Below, one piece after another: positions 30,201 through 38,897 of a stretch of 64,000 nt of DNA. Numbering within the stretch: position 1 is the stretch's first letter; each line of letters starts with the position of its first letter. A program made the translations under genes and the position numbers. The notes under the pieces are model-generated. The model did not search any database, had not been told where the DNA came from, and saw only the letters and a program-made list of their open reading frames with translations. Source of the stretch: Candidatus Zixiibacteriota bacterium (GTDB taxonomy: Bacteria > Zixibacteria > MSB-5A5 > WJJR01 > JAJRUJ01); contig JAJRUJ010000060.1 of the NCBI GenBank assembly GCA_024277855.1, forward strand, positions 5,948 through 69,947. The letters are read 5' to 3'.

Positions 30201-31302
30201 CATTCTCTTCGGCGACCCCGCGATGCGTCTGGGCGTACCGTACTACAATATCGCCATCGACCGGGTCGAACCGGACACCATGCCCGCGCTCGGTGAGGTG
30301 ACCGTCAGTGGTCGGATTACCGATACTGCGGGCAACACACTCACCGATTTCAACGGTGACGCCGAATTTTTGGTGGCTGACGCTTTACGACAGCGACGTT
30401 ACCAGGCCTCGAGTAAAGTCCGCATCGATTATAAACTGCCGGGTGGAACAATCTTTCGTGGAGCGACCGAAGTCACCGGGGGAAAATTCTCTTTTGGATT
30501 TATCGTGCCGAAAGATATTACCTACGGCGGCAATACCGCAAAAATCACCGGCTATGCCACCTCGGGTATCGTCGATGCCGGCGGCGGAATCGGTGGTCTC
30601 GTTCTGGGTGGAACTGCCCCGGCGCTGACCGATACGGTCGGGCCGTCGGTTCTCGCGTACCTGGGCGATCTCCCGTTGAGCGACGGGATGGCCGTCCTGC
30701 CGAAAAGCGAGATTACCGTCGCGCTGGCCGACACCTCGGGGCTTAATCTCACCGGCGAACCCGGACACGGGATCACCGTCGAACTGGCGGGGATAGCCGA
30801 ATCGACAACTGACATCACTGAGAGTTTTGCCTACGATCCGGATGATTATCGCCGTGGCCGTGCTCAATTCACCCTGCCGGAAGATGAAAGCGGCGGCCCG
30901 GTAACTTTGACGGTAAAGGCGTGGGATAACGCCAATAATTCGACGCAGGTTTCGGTGAATCTGACCGTCAGTGAAACCGATCAATTTCGGATCATCGAAT
31001 TTTTAAATTATCCCAATCCATTCGAAACGATAACGACTTTTTATTTTCGGACTAACGGCCAGCCAAATACGGCTTCGATACAGATTTTTACCGTTGCCGG
31101 CCGATTGATCAGAACCATTGAAAGTGTGTCCGACGGGCTTACTGTCTGGGACGGCACCGATGAGTATGGCCATAAAGTAGGTAATGGGGTGTATTTAACT
31201 CGATTGGTTGTTGGCGGACAAGTTGTTGAGACAATGGCCTCCGACGCCGATAATATAAATAATATTGCTGAGAGGACACAAAAGGTAGTCTTATGGCGTT
31301 AA
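27283..31302 (+). CDS. Peptidase C25 (gingipain-like cysteine protease) with T9SS C-terminal sorting domain
   Basis: Signal peptide. Catalytic His in IDYVGHGNPD and Cys in VMFTASCSNGFFDD, 35 residues apart as in gingipains. C-terminal beta-sandwich tail FRIIEFLNYPNPFE...VYLTRLVVGGQVVET typical of Por/T9SS CTDs. Confidence 0.85.
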   Translation: MMRNGLKKTILTCIWLLPIFASSAFCLDTYPDIEIIRQDARSLEFVYRPTGVQWSYDDSVSEVANAVTVGQTTFRKIPGEPQLPVRLVHFGLPPDAAMAVSIVDQRWQDKPLVDLPQYVPLLPDGRKADEAITLSAGEYATTPRFPSETIETLPPGALRNLRIGGIAVYPVSYFPGEQRAEVLESMTIRVVFSGASSGGAAIGNGVFDKVLSHILLNYDVARLWQKPNNNALARMTNDDPFAPSEIWYKLRTGVEGIYRIDLAEANALGLNPAQIEDVRQIRLFYGGGKTLPAKNSIPLPEFREVAIRTSGFADGSWDEDDYLEFYAQDLHRWEIDPATGEFIDIQHPFETYNVYWLTTKTDLETEPLRVPERDGSLTVAEAAQIFDVDAWAHHERNEVLRVRSDGYIGDYYRWYWQSGQTIPISLYNAVDAVDGLARLYLATYSFGNQPELYVNGIPIAPTYTAIANDSTVFDLPSFVGLNFQVRFPYDLAGATYLDSYDLAYRRRLALHGGKLKFAAPDTSATAVFTVTNSGAAPVVWDITDPYAAVVITGLDLDGSAIRFQSELTAGARLVFWVGDNGLNNRPVSAERRDPDLLRAADIQADYLAVGPRQFVEAAEGYLNLRESISGLATRKIAIEDIYDNFSYGLLDPLAIRRFLKYTVENWQSPSPQYVLFIGDGHYDLADNLGTGMVSYVPPYLGPDELLPSDENYLYFGDDKLLADGTGDPYPDMILGRWPAKNTEHVRTIAEKIDRYLSPATYGAWRNRIAMVADDEATGGCTYVPGNEIHIIGAEYLSGMFIPEGFEQRKIYLSEFPFGPTCHSKPEAHDAILNLINEGVVLIDYVGHGNPDLWAHEHVLERAADVPKMLNKDKLTVMFTASCSNGFFDDPTNEGLAEELVRWSEGGAVAAISATRLVFADANLSLNALVFDLLLSGDVPTLGGALYIAKTLRQFTPDYSCPSPPCEQSNDRKYILFGDPAMRLGVPYYNIAIDRVEPDTMPALGEVTVSGRITDTAGNTLTDFNGDAEFLVADALRQRRYQASSKVRIDYKLPGGTIFRGATEVTGGKFSFGFIVPKDITYGGNTAKITGYATSGIVDAGGGIGGLVLGGTAPALTDTVGPSVLAYLGDLPLSDGMAVLPKSEITVALADTSGLNLTGEPGHGITVELAGIAESTTDITESFAYDPDDYRRGRAQFTLPEDESGGPVTLTVKAWDNANNSTQVSVNLTVSETDQFRIIEFLNYPNPFETITTFYFRTNGQPNTASIQIFTVAGRLIRTIESVSDGLTVWDGTDEYGHKVGNGVYLTRLVVGGQVVETMASDADNINNIAERTQKVVLWR

Positions 31303-31427
31303 ATCGGTTATCCCTATTGTTTCACATTCGGGGGCAGGGCCGCCCGGATACCACAGACCCGCAGTTTAAACACTCGACCGTTGGTGACGCTGGGTGCAGC
31401 GATCGTCGCGGCAATGGAGGTACCGGC

Positions 31428-33638
31428 ATGGTACGCAAAGCAGCAATCGTGATTTTGACTTTGGCCATAATCTTCGGCGCGGCACAAACGACATTCGCAG
31501 TTTCCAACGCCGGTGTTTTGTTCCTGCGCATCGCCGCCGGTGCGCGGGCGGCCGGCATGGGTGAGGCGTTTGTCGCAATGGCCGACGATGCGACCTCGAC
31601 CCATTGGAACCCCGCCGGCCTGGGACAGTATCCGATGTACGGCAAATGGACCGAATATCAAACAACCGGTGCGCGCGGGATTTCCCAGGCCGCATTGGTG
31701 CGGAATATTTCGTTGGGTGGCGGAGACGCGACCTACGACGTATGGGTGCTCTCGGAAAACCAAATCCTGCGTCTCTCCGATGAGGGCTGGGAAACAGATG
31801 TCGCTTTGCCCGAGGGTGTCACCGAGGTGGATGATATTTATTCCTCGGAGAAGGATTTGTATGTGGCCACCGACAAGGGACTCTTCAAGAACACCTTGTG
31901 GAGATGGACCCCGGTGGTCGCTCCTTCCGACCGCGGTTGGAGTGCCGAGACGATCAACGACATCCATGTGACTCCCGGCCCACGTGTTTGGCTGGCCACC
32001 GATGAAGGGGTCAAAGTCTACGACAGGTTAATGTGGACGACCTACGGTGTTGACTCAGGCCTCCCATCGCCCAAAGTATTCAAAGTATATTTTATCAATT
32101 CGCAATACGGCTGGGCGGTGACCGCCGCCGGTCTGGCCCGCTTTGAAGAGGGGAAATTCAGCGATGTCGACCAGGTAACCGCCTTGATCGGGGAAACGGT
32201 CAGCGATCTGGTCGGACGCTTTATTGGTACCGAAGACAGGGTGCGAATCCAGCGGGCGACTCGGGAGGTTATGGAACTCAATGGACTCGAATCCAACGAA
32301 ATTGCGGCCGGTACGGCGGTTAATATTCCCTATCGCCTGGCCTTCGAATCCGAGATTACCTGTTTGACCACCGACCTGTCCGGTCAACTCTGGGTCGGAA
32401 CGGAAAAGGGGCTAAAATCATTTTCCAACAAGCGTTGGCGGTCATACGGTTACCGGGCCTGGACACCCGACGAACCGATTACGTTAACCGACCTCGCCCG
32501 TGCCTATATTGAGGCTTCACTCGGTCAGCAGGCGACCCAGAATCGGATGGACGCCTTCGCGCGCTGGACCGCCAATTATAATAATCTCGAACTCGATGCG
32601 ACCATTGAGGCGGGGCGGACGATTTACCTGTATGCCAATCCCACCGGCGGCGCAATCCGCAGTCTGATGTCCGACGGCCGCAAGATGTATGTCGGTTCGA
32701 AATATGGCTTGCTGACTTACGACGATGGCCAGTGGGGACGGCTCTACCAGGCCGGACTGGACCATGCCGACTGTGTGGCGATGGCCCAGGCCGGACGGGA
32801 TCTCTGGTTTTTCACTCCGGACAAAGTAATCAATTACGCCCGTGCCCAGTCGGAATTTACTGTGATGTATGTCAAGTGGCTGCCTAATCTGGCTGAGGAT
32901 ATTTACTATGGATATGCCTCCTTTGTCTCACACAAAGAGGGCCTTGGCACACTCGGCGCAAATGCGACGATCCTTTCATACGGTGAGGTACAGCGCACCG
33001 ACCGAGACCCCACCGTGCTCGGCTCATTTAATCCATTCGATTTTTCGTTCGGTTTGTCTTTTGGGACCCGGCTGACTTCGACTTTGGCCGCCGGTCTTTC
33101 GGCTAAGGTCATTTATTCCCGGCTCTCGGAGCAGGGGGCGGGGCAGGAACGCGGTTCCGGTACGGCAACGGCATTTGCAATGGACGCCGGCCTGATCTAC
33201 CGCACACCGTTCTCGCGGCTCACCCTCGGGGCGGCATTGACCAACCTCGGACCGGATATCAGCTATATCGATGCCGACCAGTCCGACCCGCTGCCGCGCA
33301 ACCTGGCGCTCGGATTTGCCTACCGCCTGGCCGACTCGCCTTATAATCGCCTGGTCTTCACCGCCGAGATCAATAAGGACCTGATCGACTTTGGCGCAGA
33401 TGCCTCGACTGAACTCAAACAGATTATCTACAACGCCGGCATGGAATATTGGTACGCTGGTCTGGTTGCTCTCCGTGTCGGGTATATCTACGACGAGGAC
33501 GGCGACATCAAGACCCCGACTGTTGGCGGTGGCTTATCCTGGAAGGGGATGGGTATTGACCTGGCTTATGTACCCTCGGTGCGCGAAGACCAGGTCATGG
33601 CCAATATTATGCGCATCTCATTCACCGGTCAGTTTTAG
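31428..33638 (+). CDS. PorV/FadL-like outer-membrane beta-barrel with an inserted beta-propeller-like (two-component-regulator-propeller-type) segment
   Basis: Signal peptide MVRKAAIVILTLAIIFGAAQTTFA after a GGAGG SD. N-terminal LFLRIAAGARAAGMGEAFVAMADDATSTHWNPAGL resembles the PorV/FadL hatch motif. The middle ~350 aa carry repeats such as VWLATDEGVKVYD and QLWVGTEKGLKSFSNKRW. The C-terminus is barrel-like and ends ...ISFTGQF. Confidence 0.6.
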   Translation: MVRKAAIVILTLAIIFGAAQTTFAVSNAGVLFLRIAAGARAAGMGEAFVAMADDATSTHWNPAGLGQYPMYGKWTEYQTTGARGISQAALVRNISLGGGDATYDVWVLSENQILRLSDEGWETDVALPEGVTEVDDIYSSEKDLYVATDKGLFKNTLWRWTPVVAPSDRGWSAETINDIHVTPGPRVWLATDEGVKVYDRLMWTTYGVDSGLPSPKVFKVYFINSQYGWAVTAAGLARFEEGKFSDVDQVTALIGETVSDLVGRFIGTEDRVRIQRATREVMELNGLESNEIAAGTAVNIPYRLAFESEITCLTTDLSGQLWVGTEKGLKSFSNKRWRSYGYRAWTPDEPITLTDLARAYIEASLGQQATQNRMDAFARWTANYNNLELDATIEAGRTIYLYANPTGGAIRSLMSDGRKMYVGSKYGLLTYDDGQWGRLYQAGLDHADCVAMAQAGRDLWFFTPDKVINYARAQSEFTVMYVKWLPNLAEDIYYGYASFVSHKEGLGTLGANATILSYGEVQRTDRDPTVLGSFNPFDFSFGLSFGTRLTSTLAAGLSAKVIYSRLSEQGAGQERGSGTATAFAMDAGLIYRTPFSRLTLGAALTNLGPDISYIDADQSDPLPRNLALGFAYRLADSPYNRLVFTAEINKDLIDFGADASTELKQIIYNAGMEYWYAGLVALRVGYIYDEDGDIKTPTVGGGLSWKGMGIDLAYVPSVREDQVMANIMRISFTGQF

Positions 33639-36600
33639 TGAATGATCGAAACAACAATGCGGCGAAGAAGAACAAAGGAAACCGACGCGTGCCCAACTAT
33701 AGATTATTTATCGTGATCCTGGCGACCGCCTTGATCGGATTATTACCGCCGCATACCGAAGCAAAGACGGCGCACCCCGGCGGCAAGTTGATCCCGCTTG
33801 ACCGGCTTTCGGCCGGTCCGGTGGAACCGGCCGCGCCCTCGGCAGGTGGTTTCTCTCTCGGCCGACCGTCGACGCGTAACCTGCTCGGCCTGGAACGCGA
33901 GAAACCGTTCGGCCTGCCTCGGGCTGCTTTGCAGCAGGAGCGCGTAATCAAGTTGCTGGCAATCAGGGTGGAGTTTGTTCAGGAGGAAGTCGACGATCCG
34001 ACCACCACTGGTGACGGGACATTCGACCTGCGGGACTCGGTGGCTTTTAAGGCCGAATACGGTCACCTCTTTGATGCTTCGCCGCATGATTCGGCCTATT
34101 TCGGCAAACACATCGAGGCGTTGAATAATTATTGGCACACCGTCTCCAACGGGAAAGTATCAATCGAAGGTACAATATATCCACCCGAACCGAACGGTTT
34201 TTATAAACTCCCGGAACCCATGGCCTACTACGGTGCGCAACCCCCGTCGTACGGCCTGACCGATTTCTTTTTCGATGCTTTCCGGGCCGCTGATACGCAA
34301 AATCCGGAAATCGACTTTTCGGCTTACGACGCATTTTGTGTTTTTCATGCGGGTGCCGACCAGCAAAATGATATCGGCTTTCCGGTAACTGCCAACGATC
34401 TCTGGACCGGGTTCATCGTCCTGGGCAAACCGATCCCGGTCGATGACGGAACCTTCGAAATCACCGAGGGTGTAATCATGCCCGAAACGGTGGCCCAGGA
34501 CAATCGGATTGTCGTTTTAAACAGCGTGTTTGCCCATGAATTCGGCCACCAGCTTGGTTTGGTTGACTGGTACAGCACGCGGACATTTATTACCCAGATC
34601 GGCAATTTTTCTTTAATGGACAACAACGCTTTCAACGTCGGCGGTGATATCGAAGTCAATGGTCGCGCCAGACAGGTTTTCGGTATTCTGCCGGTATTCC
34701 CCGATGCCTGGTCGAGGGCCTATTTGGGATTTATCAACGTTGATACGGCGTACACCGCCGAGCAGGCCTACACTTACGCTGCCGAAATGGAAGACCCCGG
34801 GACGCAGGCGGTATTGGTGCCGATCTCGTCGACAGAATACTTCATGCTCGAAAATCGCCGTCGCGACATCGACGGCGAGGCCGTTCCATTCATTTTACAG
34901 GACAGTGTCACCAATGTTATCCTCGGACCGGTTAACAGTGACACGGTTTTCACCCGCGAATATGATTACCTGCTTCCGGGCGACGGACTTTTGATCTGGC
35001 ACATCGATGAAACCGTCGGTGCCGAGGACGAACTCCCCGACGACGACATTCCCAATAATTGGGAAGCCAATACTCTCCAGTGGAACTATGAGAAACGGTT
35101 CATTTCGCTGATCGAAGCGGACTGGCAGGTGTCGTTTCTCGGCAACGGGTACATCGATTTCGGTGTGGCCGAGGATATGTTTGCCGCGCCGAACCGGCGC
35201 GTCTTTTCGCCGGACACGCCGATTCCCACCGATGCCAATTCCGGGGCGCGTACGGGCATCACGATTGTGGTTAATTCCGAAGCGCTTCCAATCATGGATT
35301 TCGCGGTACTCAACGACCAGACCCTGCCGGGTTTCCCGGTCTGGTGTGGGCCTGATTCGACCTTCAGTCCGTTGGTCACCGATATTGACGGCGATGGTTC
35401 GCCGGAGGTCTTTGTCGGGAGCGGCGATCGGATCCTCGGCTGGCATTTCGACGGCACGCCTCTTTTTGATAATGAAATCGCAGATACGGTTTTATCGTTC
35501 GGTGGCGATCCGGTCGTCCACAAAACATCGGTGGCCGCGCTTCTTCCGTCACCATTGGCCACGCCGCCGCTGGTATCAATTATCGATGGGATCGGCGACC
35601 CTAATGTCATTGCCGCCGACCAATCACGCTTAATCCATCTTTGGCGGCTGACTGATTTTTCAGGCAGCGGATTCGCCGATTCGGTATTCGCCGTCGAATC
35701 AGAATTATCACTTTCCGGGCCGGTGATCTTGTTCAACCAGCCCGGATCGTTCACCAAAAACGCCGCGTTCGCCTTGACCGGCGGCGGGATTCTCTCGATC
35801 AACGGTGGCACGCGAGATACGCTGCACTATTATGACATCGGTGCAGTTTCCGGTATCGCCGGGACCGAAGCGGACAACGCCTTTTATCTTCGCGCCGGCG
35901 CTGCCGGGAGTTGGCGGCTGATCAAACTGACCGATGAACAAGTCCTGACAGTGGTCAATACTGCTGAAGCTTACGGTCCGATTATGGGTGACCTGGACCG
36001 CGACGGAGAACTTGAGATTATCTGTGCCGGATCCAACGGACTGGTTTGGGCTTTCGATCAATCGTTGACCCCGAAAGAGAATTTTCCGGTCGATGTCGGC
36101 GGACCGATCGGTGCGGCGCCGGTCGTTGGCGACATTGATGATGACGGATATCTCGAAATCGTCACGGTCGGGGACAATGCTGTTTATGCCATCAATTTCA
36201 ATGGCACGATAGCCGAGGATTTCCCGGTGATTATCGACCGTTATAATCCTACCGGCCTGTTGCGCTACCCGCCGATTTTAATCGATCCGCCGGGTGAACG
36301 GACGATGGAGATCCTGGTGACCACGCCCGGTGGTGTTTTATTTGCGGTCTATCCGCGTGAAAGCGGTCAAGCCCCCCCACGTCAGTTGGCCTCCGGTTAT
36401 CCGGGGCAGGGGAGTCCCGCCTATGGCTACGACGCACTCACCGGTACTTCGGCATTGTGGACTGTGGGCGGCGATGGTTTTCTCTATGGGTTTATCCTGG
36501 CCGAGGCGGGTGAAGGGACACGAGGTATTTTCACCCAGGAAGGGTATGCCCCGGAGCGGACGAATGTATTTCCCCTTGATTCATTGCCCGATTTGCCGGG

Positions 36601-36895
36601 TGAGGAATCGCTGCTGACCGAATCTTCGGTTTACGCCTATCCGAATCCGGTTCGCGGCGGGCTGGTCAATTTCCGCTGTCGGTTGGGAGAGGCGGCGCAG
36701 ATTAATTTGGCCATATATGACGTCGCCGGCAATCTGATCGCTGAGCTTCAGGCGACAGGTATAGGTGGTACCGAAAATGAAATCACCTGGGATTGCAGTG
36801 GGGTTGCTTCCGGCGTGTATTTTGGCCGCATGGCGGCCCGCGCGGATTCCGGGAAGGAAAGCGTGGTGTTTTGTCCGATTGCGATTGCGCGATAA
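33638..36895 (+). CDS. Zinc metallopeptidase (M6/immune-inhibitor-A-like HEXXH) with FG-GAP repeats and T9SS C-terminal sorting domain
   Basis: The GTG start overlaps the upstream TAG by 1 nt. Signal peptide. VFAHEFGHQLGLVDWY plus downstream GNFSLMDNN. FG-GAP-like DIDGDGSPEVFVG, DLDRDGELEIICAG, DIDDDGYLEIVTVG. C-terminal SSVYAYPNPVRGGLVNFRCRL...VYFGRMAA CTD. Confidence 0.75.
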   Translation: MNDRNNNAAKKNKGNRRVPNYRLFIVILATALIGLLPPHTEAKTAHPGGKLIPLDRLSAGPVEPAAPSAGGFSLGRPSTRNLLGLEREKPFGLPRAALQQERVIKLLAIRVEFVQEEVDDPTTTGDGTFDLRDSVAFKAEYGHLFDASPHDSAYFGKHIEALNNYWHTVSNGKVSIEGTIYPPEPNGFYKLPEPMAYYGAQPPSYGLTDFFFDAFRAADTQNPEIDFSAYDAFCVFHAGADQQNDIGFPVTANDLWTGFIVLGKPIPVDDGTFEITEGVIMPETVAQDNRIVVLNSVFAHEFGHQLGLVDWYSTRTFITQIGNFSLMDNNAFNVGGDIEVNGRARQVFGILPVFPDAWSRAYLGFINVDTAYTAEQAYTYAAEMEDPGTQAVLVPISSTEYFMLENRRRDIDGEAVPFILQDSVTNVILGPVNSDTVFTREYDYLLPGDGLLIWHIDETVGAEDELPDDDIPNNWEANTLQWNYEKRFISLIEADWQVSFLGNGYIDFGVAEDMFAAPNRRVFSPDTPIPTDANSGARTGITIVVNSEALPIMDFAVLNDQTLPGFPVWCGPDSTFSPLVTDIDGDGSPEVFVGSGDRILGWHFDGTPLFDNEIADTVLSFGGDPVVHKTSVAALLPSPLATPPLVSIIDGIGDPNVIAADQSRLIHLWRLTDFSGSGFADSVFAVESELSLSGPVILFNQPGSFTKNAAFALTGGGILSINGGTRDTLHYYDIGAVSGIAGTEADNAFYLRAGAAGSWRLIKLTDEQVLTVVNTAEAYGPIMGDLDRDGELEIICAGSNGLVWAFDQSLTPKENFPVDVGGPIGAAPVVGDIDDDGYLEIVTVGDNAVYAINFNGTIAEDFPVIIDRYNPTGLLRYPPILIDPPGERTMEILVTTPGGVLFAVYPRESGQAPPRQLASGYPGQGSPAYGYDALTGTSALWTVGGDGFLYGFILAEAGEGTRGIFTQEGYAPERTNVFPLDSLPDLPGEESLLTESSVYAYPNPVRGGLVNFRCRLGEAAQINLAIYDVAGNLIAELQATGIGGTENEITWDCSGVASGVYFGRMAARADSGKESVVFCPIAIAR

Positions 36896-36980
36896 TCGAG
36901 TGAAATTTAAATCGGACGGGATAGACAATTAGCTGGACATTGGTTGAGAAAAAATAATCTGAGTCATAACGGAGGTATTA

Positions 36981-37931
36981 ATGTTCGGGAAGACAAAAAA
37001 TGCCGTTGCGCTGTTGATTTTGCTGTTACTGGTTCCGTCGTTCGGCGGGATACAGGCCGCCGAAGACCAGGTAAACGTGTTAACCCTCGAACAGCGTTCG
37101 ACTGCCATACAGTTGCAAACAATACAACCGTTGTTGGACCGTGAGGCCCTCTGGGCGAGTCTCGACGACGAGGACCCCTTCGGTCCGCCCGCTGATGAAC
37201 CGGAGATGTATGGCACGCGGCGCAAGTCGGTCCGCAAGGCGTTTTTCTATTCACTGTTGGTGCCCGGCGCCGGGCAGATCTACAACGGCAGTACCATCAT
37301 CAAACCGATTTTATTTCTCGGCCTGGAAGTCGCGGGTATCGCCGGCTATTTGAATTATCAGAGCAATGGTGACGACTTGCGCACCGAATATGAGGGCTAC
37401 GCCGACGAGCACTGGTATTATGATAAATATATCCAGTGGTTTGACGCCGCGCACGATATTCAGGATGGCTATGACGTCTATAAAGACGGTGATCGGGCGC
37501 CTTACTGGAACCAGGAACAATACACTAACGAGTTTTCTGAACATATCAATCTGATCTATCCGACGTCACCGGACACCGGGGTCCCGGTAAAAGACCATGC
37601 CTACTACGAAAATGTGGGGAAATACGACCAGTTCCAATATGGCTGGGAAGATACATATTATACCGACAACATTCTGGAACGAGACAGCTTGTCGGCATAC
37701 CGCGAGGTCTACCTGGATATGCGCAAGTCGGCCAACGATGAATTCAATAAGGCGTCGACAATTCTGACGCTGACAATTGTCAACCATCTGATGTCGGCAT
37801 TCGACGCCGCGCTGATGGCTCGTCGCTATAATAACCAGCAGGAACAGCTCTCGCAGGTGTCGGTCAAGATGCGTTACGTGATGTATGAGGGCCGCCCGAT
37901 GCCTAAAGTCATGTTGTCCTATCGATATTGA
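36981..37931 (+). CDS. DUF5683-like membrane protein ('PGAGQIYNG' family), paralog 2
   Basis: Signal peptide. FYSLLVPGAGQIYNGSTIIKPILFLGLEVAGIAGYLNY. C-terminal amphipathic LTLTIVNHLMSAFDAALMARRYNN. Homologous to the C-terminus of 1077..1778 and to 37998..38816. Confidence 0.55.
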   Translation: MFGKTKNAVALLILLLLVPSFGGIQAAEDQVNVLTLEQRSTAIQLQTIQPLLDREALWASLDDEDPFGPPADEPEMYGTRRKSVRKAFFYSLLVPGAGQIYNGSTIIKPILFLGLEVAGIAGYLNYQSNGDDLRTEYEGYADEHWYYDKYIQWFDAAHDIQDGYDVYKDGDRAPYWNQEQYTNEFSEHINLIYPTSPDTGVPVKDHAYYENVGKYDQFQYGWEDTYYTDNILERDSLSAYREVYLDMRKSANDEFNKASTILTLTIVNHLMSAFDAALMARRYNNQQEQLSQVSVKMRYVMYEGRPMPKVMLSYRY

Positions 37932-37997
37932 CCACCAGCGGAATAATTGTTATTCTGCATTGTAGAATAATGACAGTAGATGGAAATTGAGGGCACC

Positions 37998-38816
37998 ATG
38001 CCTAATGTCAACCGCGCAAAAATAGTCGCCGCATTTTTCGTCCTCGTCTTGCTGGGGACCACAGTGCCCTGGTGTCCGTCGGCCTGTGGCGGTACGGTGC
38101 CGGTCGATGGTTTATCCATCCCCCCGACTTTTGATGCGCTTTCCACTCAACGGTTCCTGGCGGTTGAGCAAGCCGCCCTCTCCAAACCTGATTTTGGCTT
38201 TCGCGATTTGCGGACCGAAAATGTCGCCGGATTGAAATCTCCCGGCAAGGCGGTCCTGTTGTCGGTACTCTTACCCGGGGCGGGGCAGGTCTACACCGAG
38301 GCCCGAACTCGGTCGCGTATTTTCCTCGGGGCCGAGGCGGCATCCTGGGTGGCCTATGGCGGATTTAAAACCTGGAGCAACCAGAAACAGGATGAATTTG
38401 AGGGCTGGGCGGCCACCTACGCCGGGATCGATCCGAACGGCAAGCCCGATGATTTTTGGCGGATGATGACATTCTACAAGTCGCGCCGTGAATACGAATT
38501 CCTCGGGCGGGCCGGCGAACCGAACCGGGCAAGTTACCCTGACCTGGAGGGCTGGGACTGGAATTGGACCTCAGAAGCAGCCCAGGAACAATATCGCAGT
38601 TTGCGCAATCAGTCCAAAGAGGCCGATCGCAAAGCAACTTTTGCCCTCGGCGCCCTGGTCCTCAACCGTGTCGTCTCGGCGATTGATGCCTACCGCAGCG
38701 CCAAAAACTATAATCGCAAGAAAGCCGCCGAGGAGGCCCAGACCAGGTGGAAAATTCGAGGGACCCCGCTCGGAAACAATCCCAAATTGATGGTCTACTG
38801 GTTGCGGACATTTTAG
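37998..38816 (+). CDS. DUF5683-like membrane protein ('PGAGQVY' family), paralog 3
   Basis: LLSVLLPGAGQVYTEARTRSRIFLGAEAASWVAYGGF and C-terminal ALVLNRVVSAIDAYRSAKNYNRKK. The ORF is open from 37980; the start is placed at the second Met. Confidence 0.55.
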   Translation: MPNVNRAKIVAAFFVLVLLGTTVPWCPSACGGTVPVDGLSIPPTFDALSTQRFLAVEQAALSKPDFGFRDLRTENVAGLKSPGKAVLLSVLLPGAGQVYTEARTRSRIFLGAEAASWVAYGGFKTWSNQKQDEFEGWAATYAGIDPNGKPDDFWRMMTFYKSRREYEFLGRAGEPNRASYPDLEGWDWNWTSEAAQEQYRSLRNQSKEADRKATFALGALVLNRVVSAIDAYRSAKNYNRKKAAEEAQTRWKIRGTPLGNNPKLMVYWLRTF

Positions 38817-38854
38817 GGCCGGTAGGCACAATCGAGTGAAACGGACAAAGTATC

Positions 38855-38879
38855 GGCCGGACGCAGGTTCGGCCTTTTT
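38855..38879 (+). terminator. Possible Rho-independent terminator after the DUF5683-like pair
   Basis: GGCCG-GACGCAGGTT-CGGCC followed by TTTTTCA. The stem is short. Confidence 0.35.
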
Positions 38880-38897
38880 CATGGACGGCGTGAAAAG

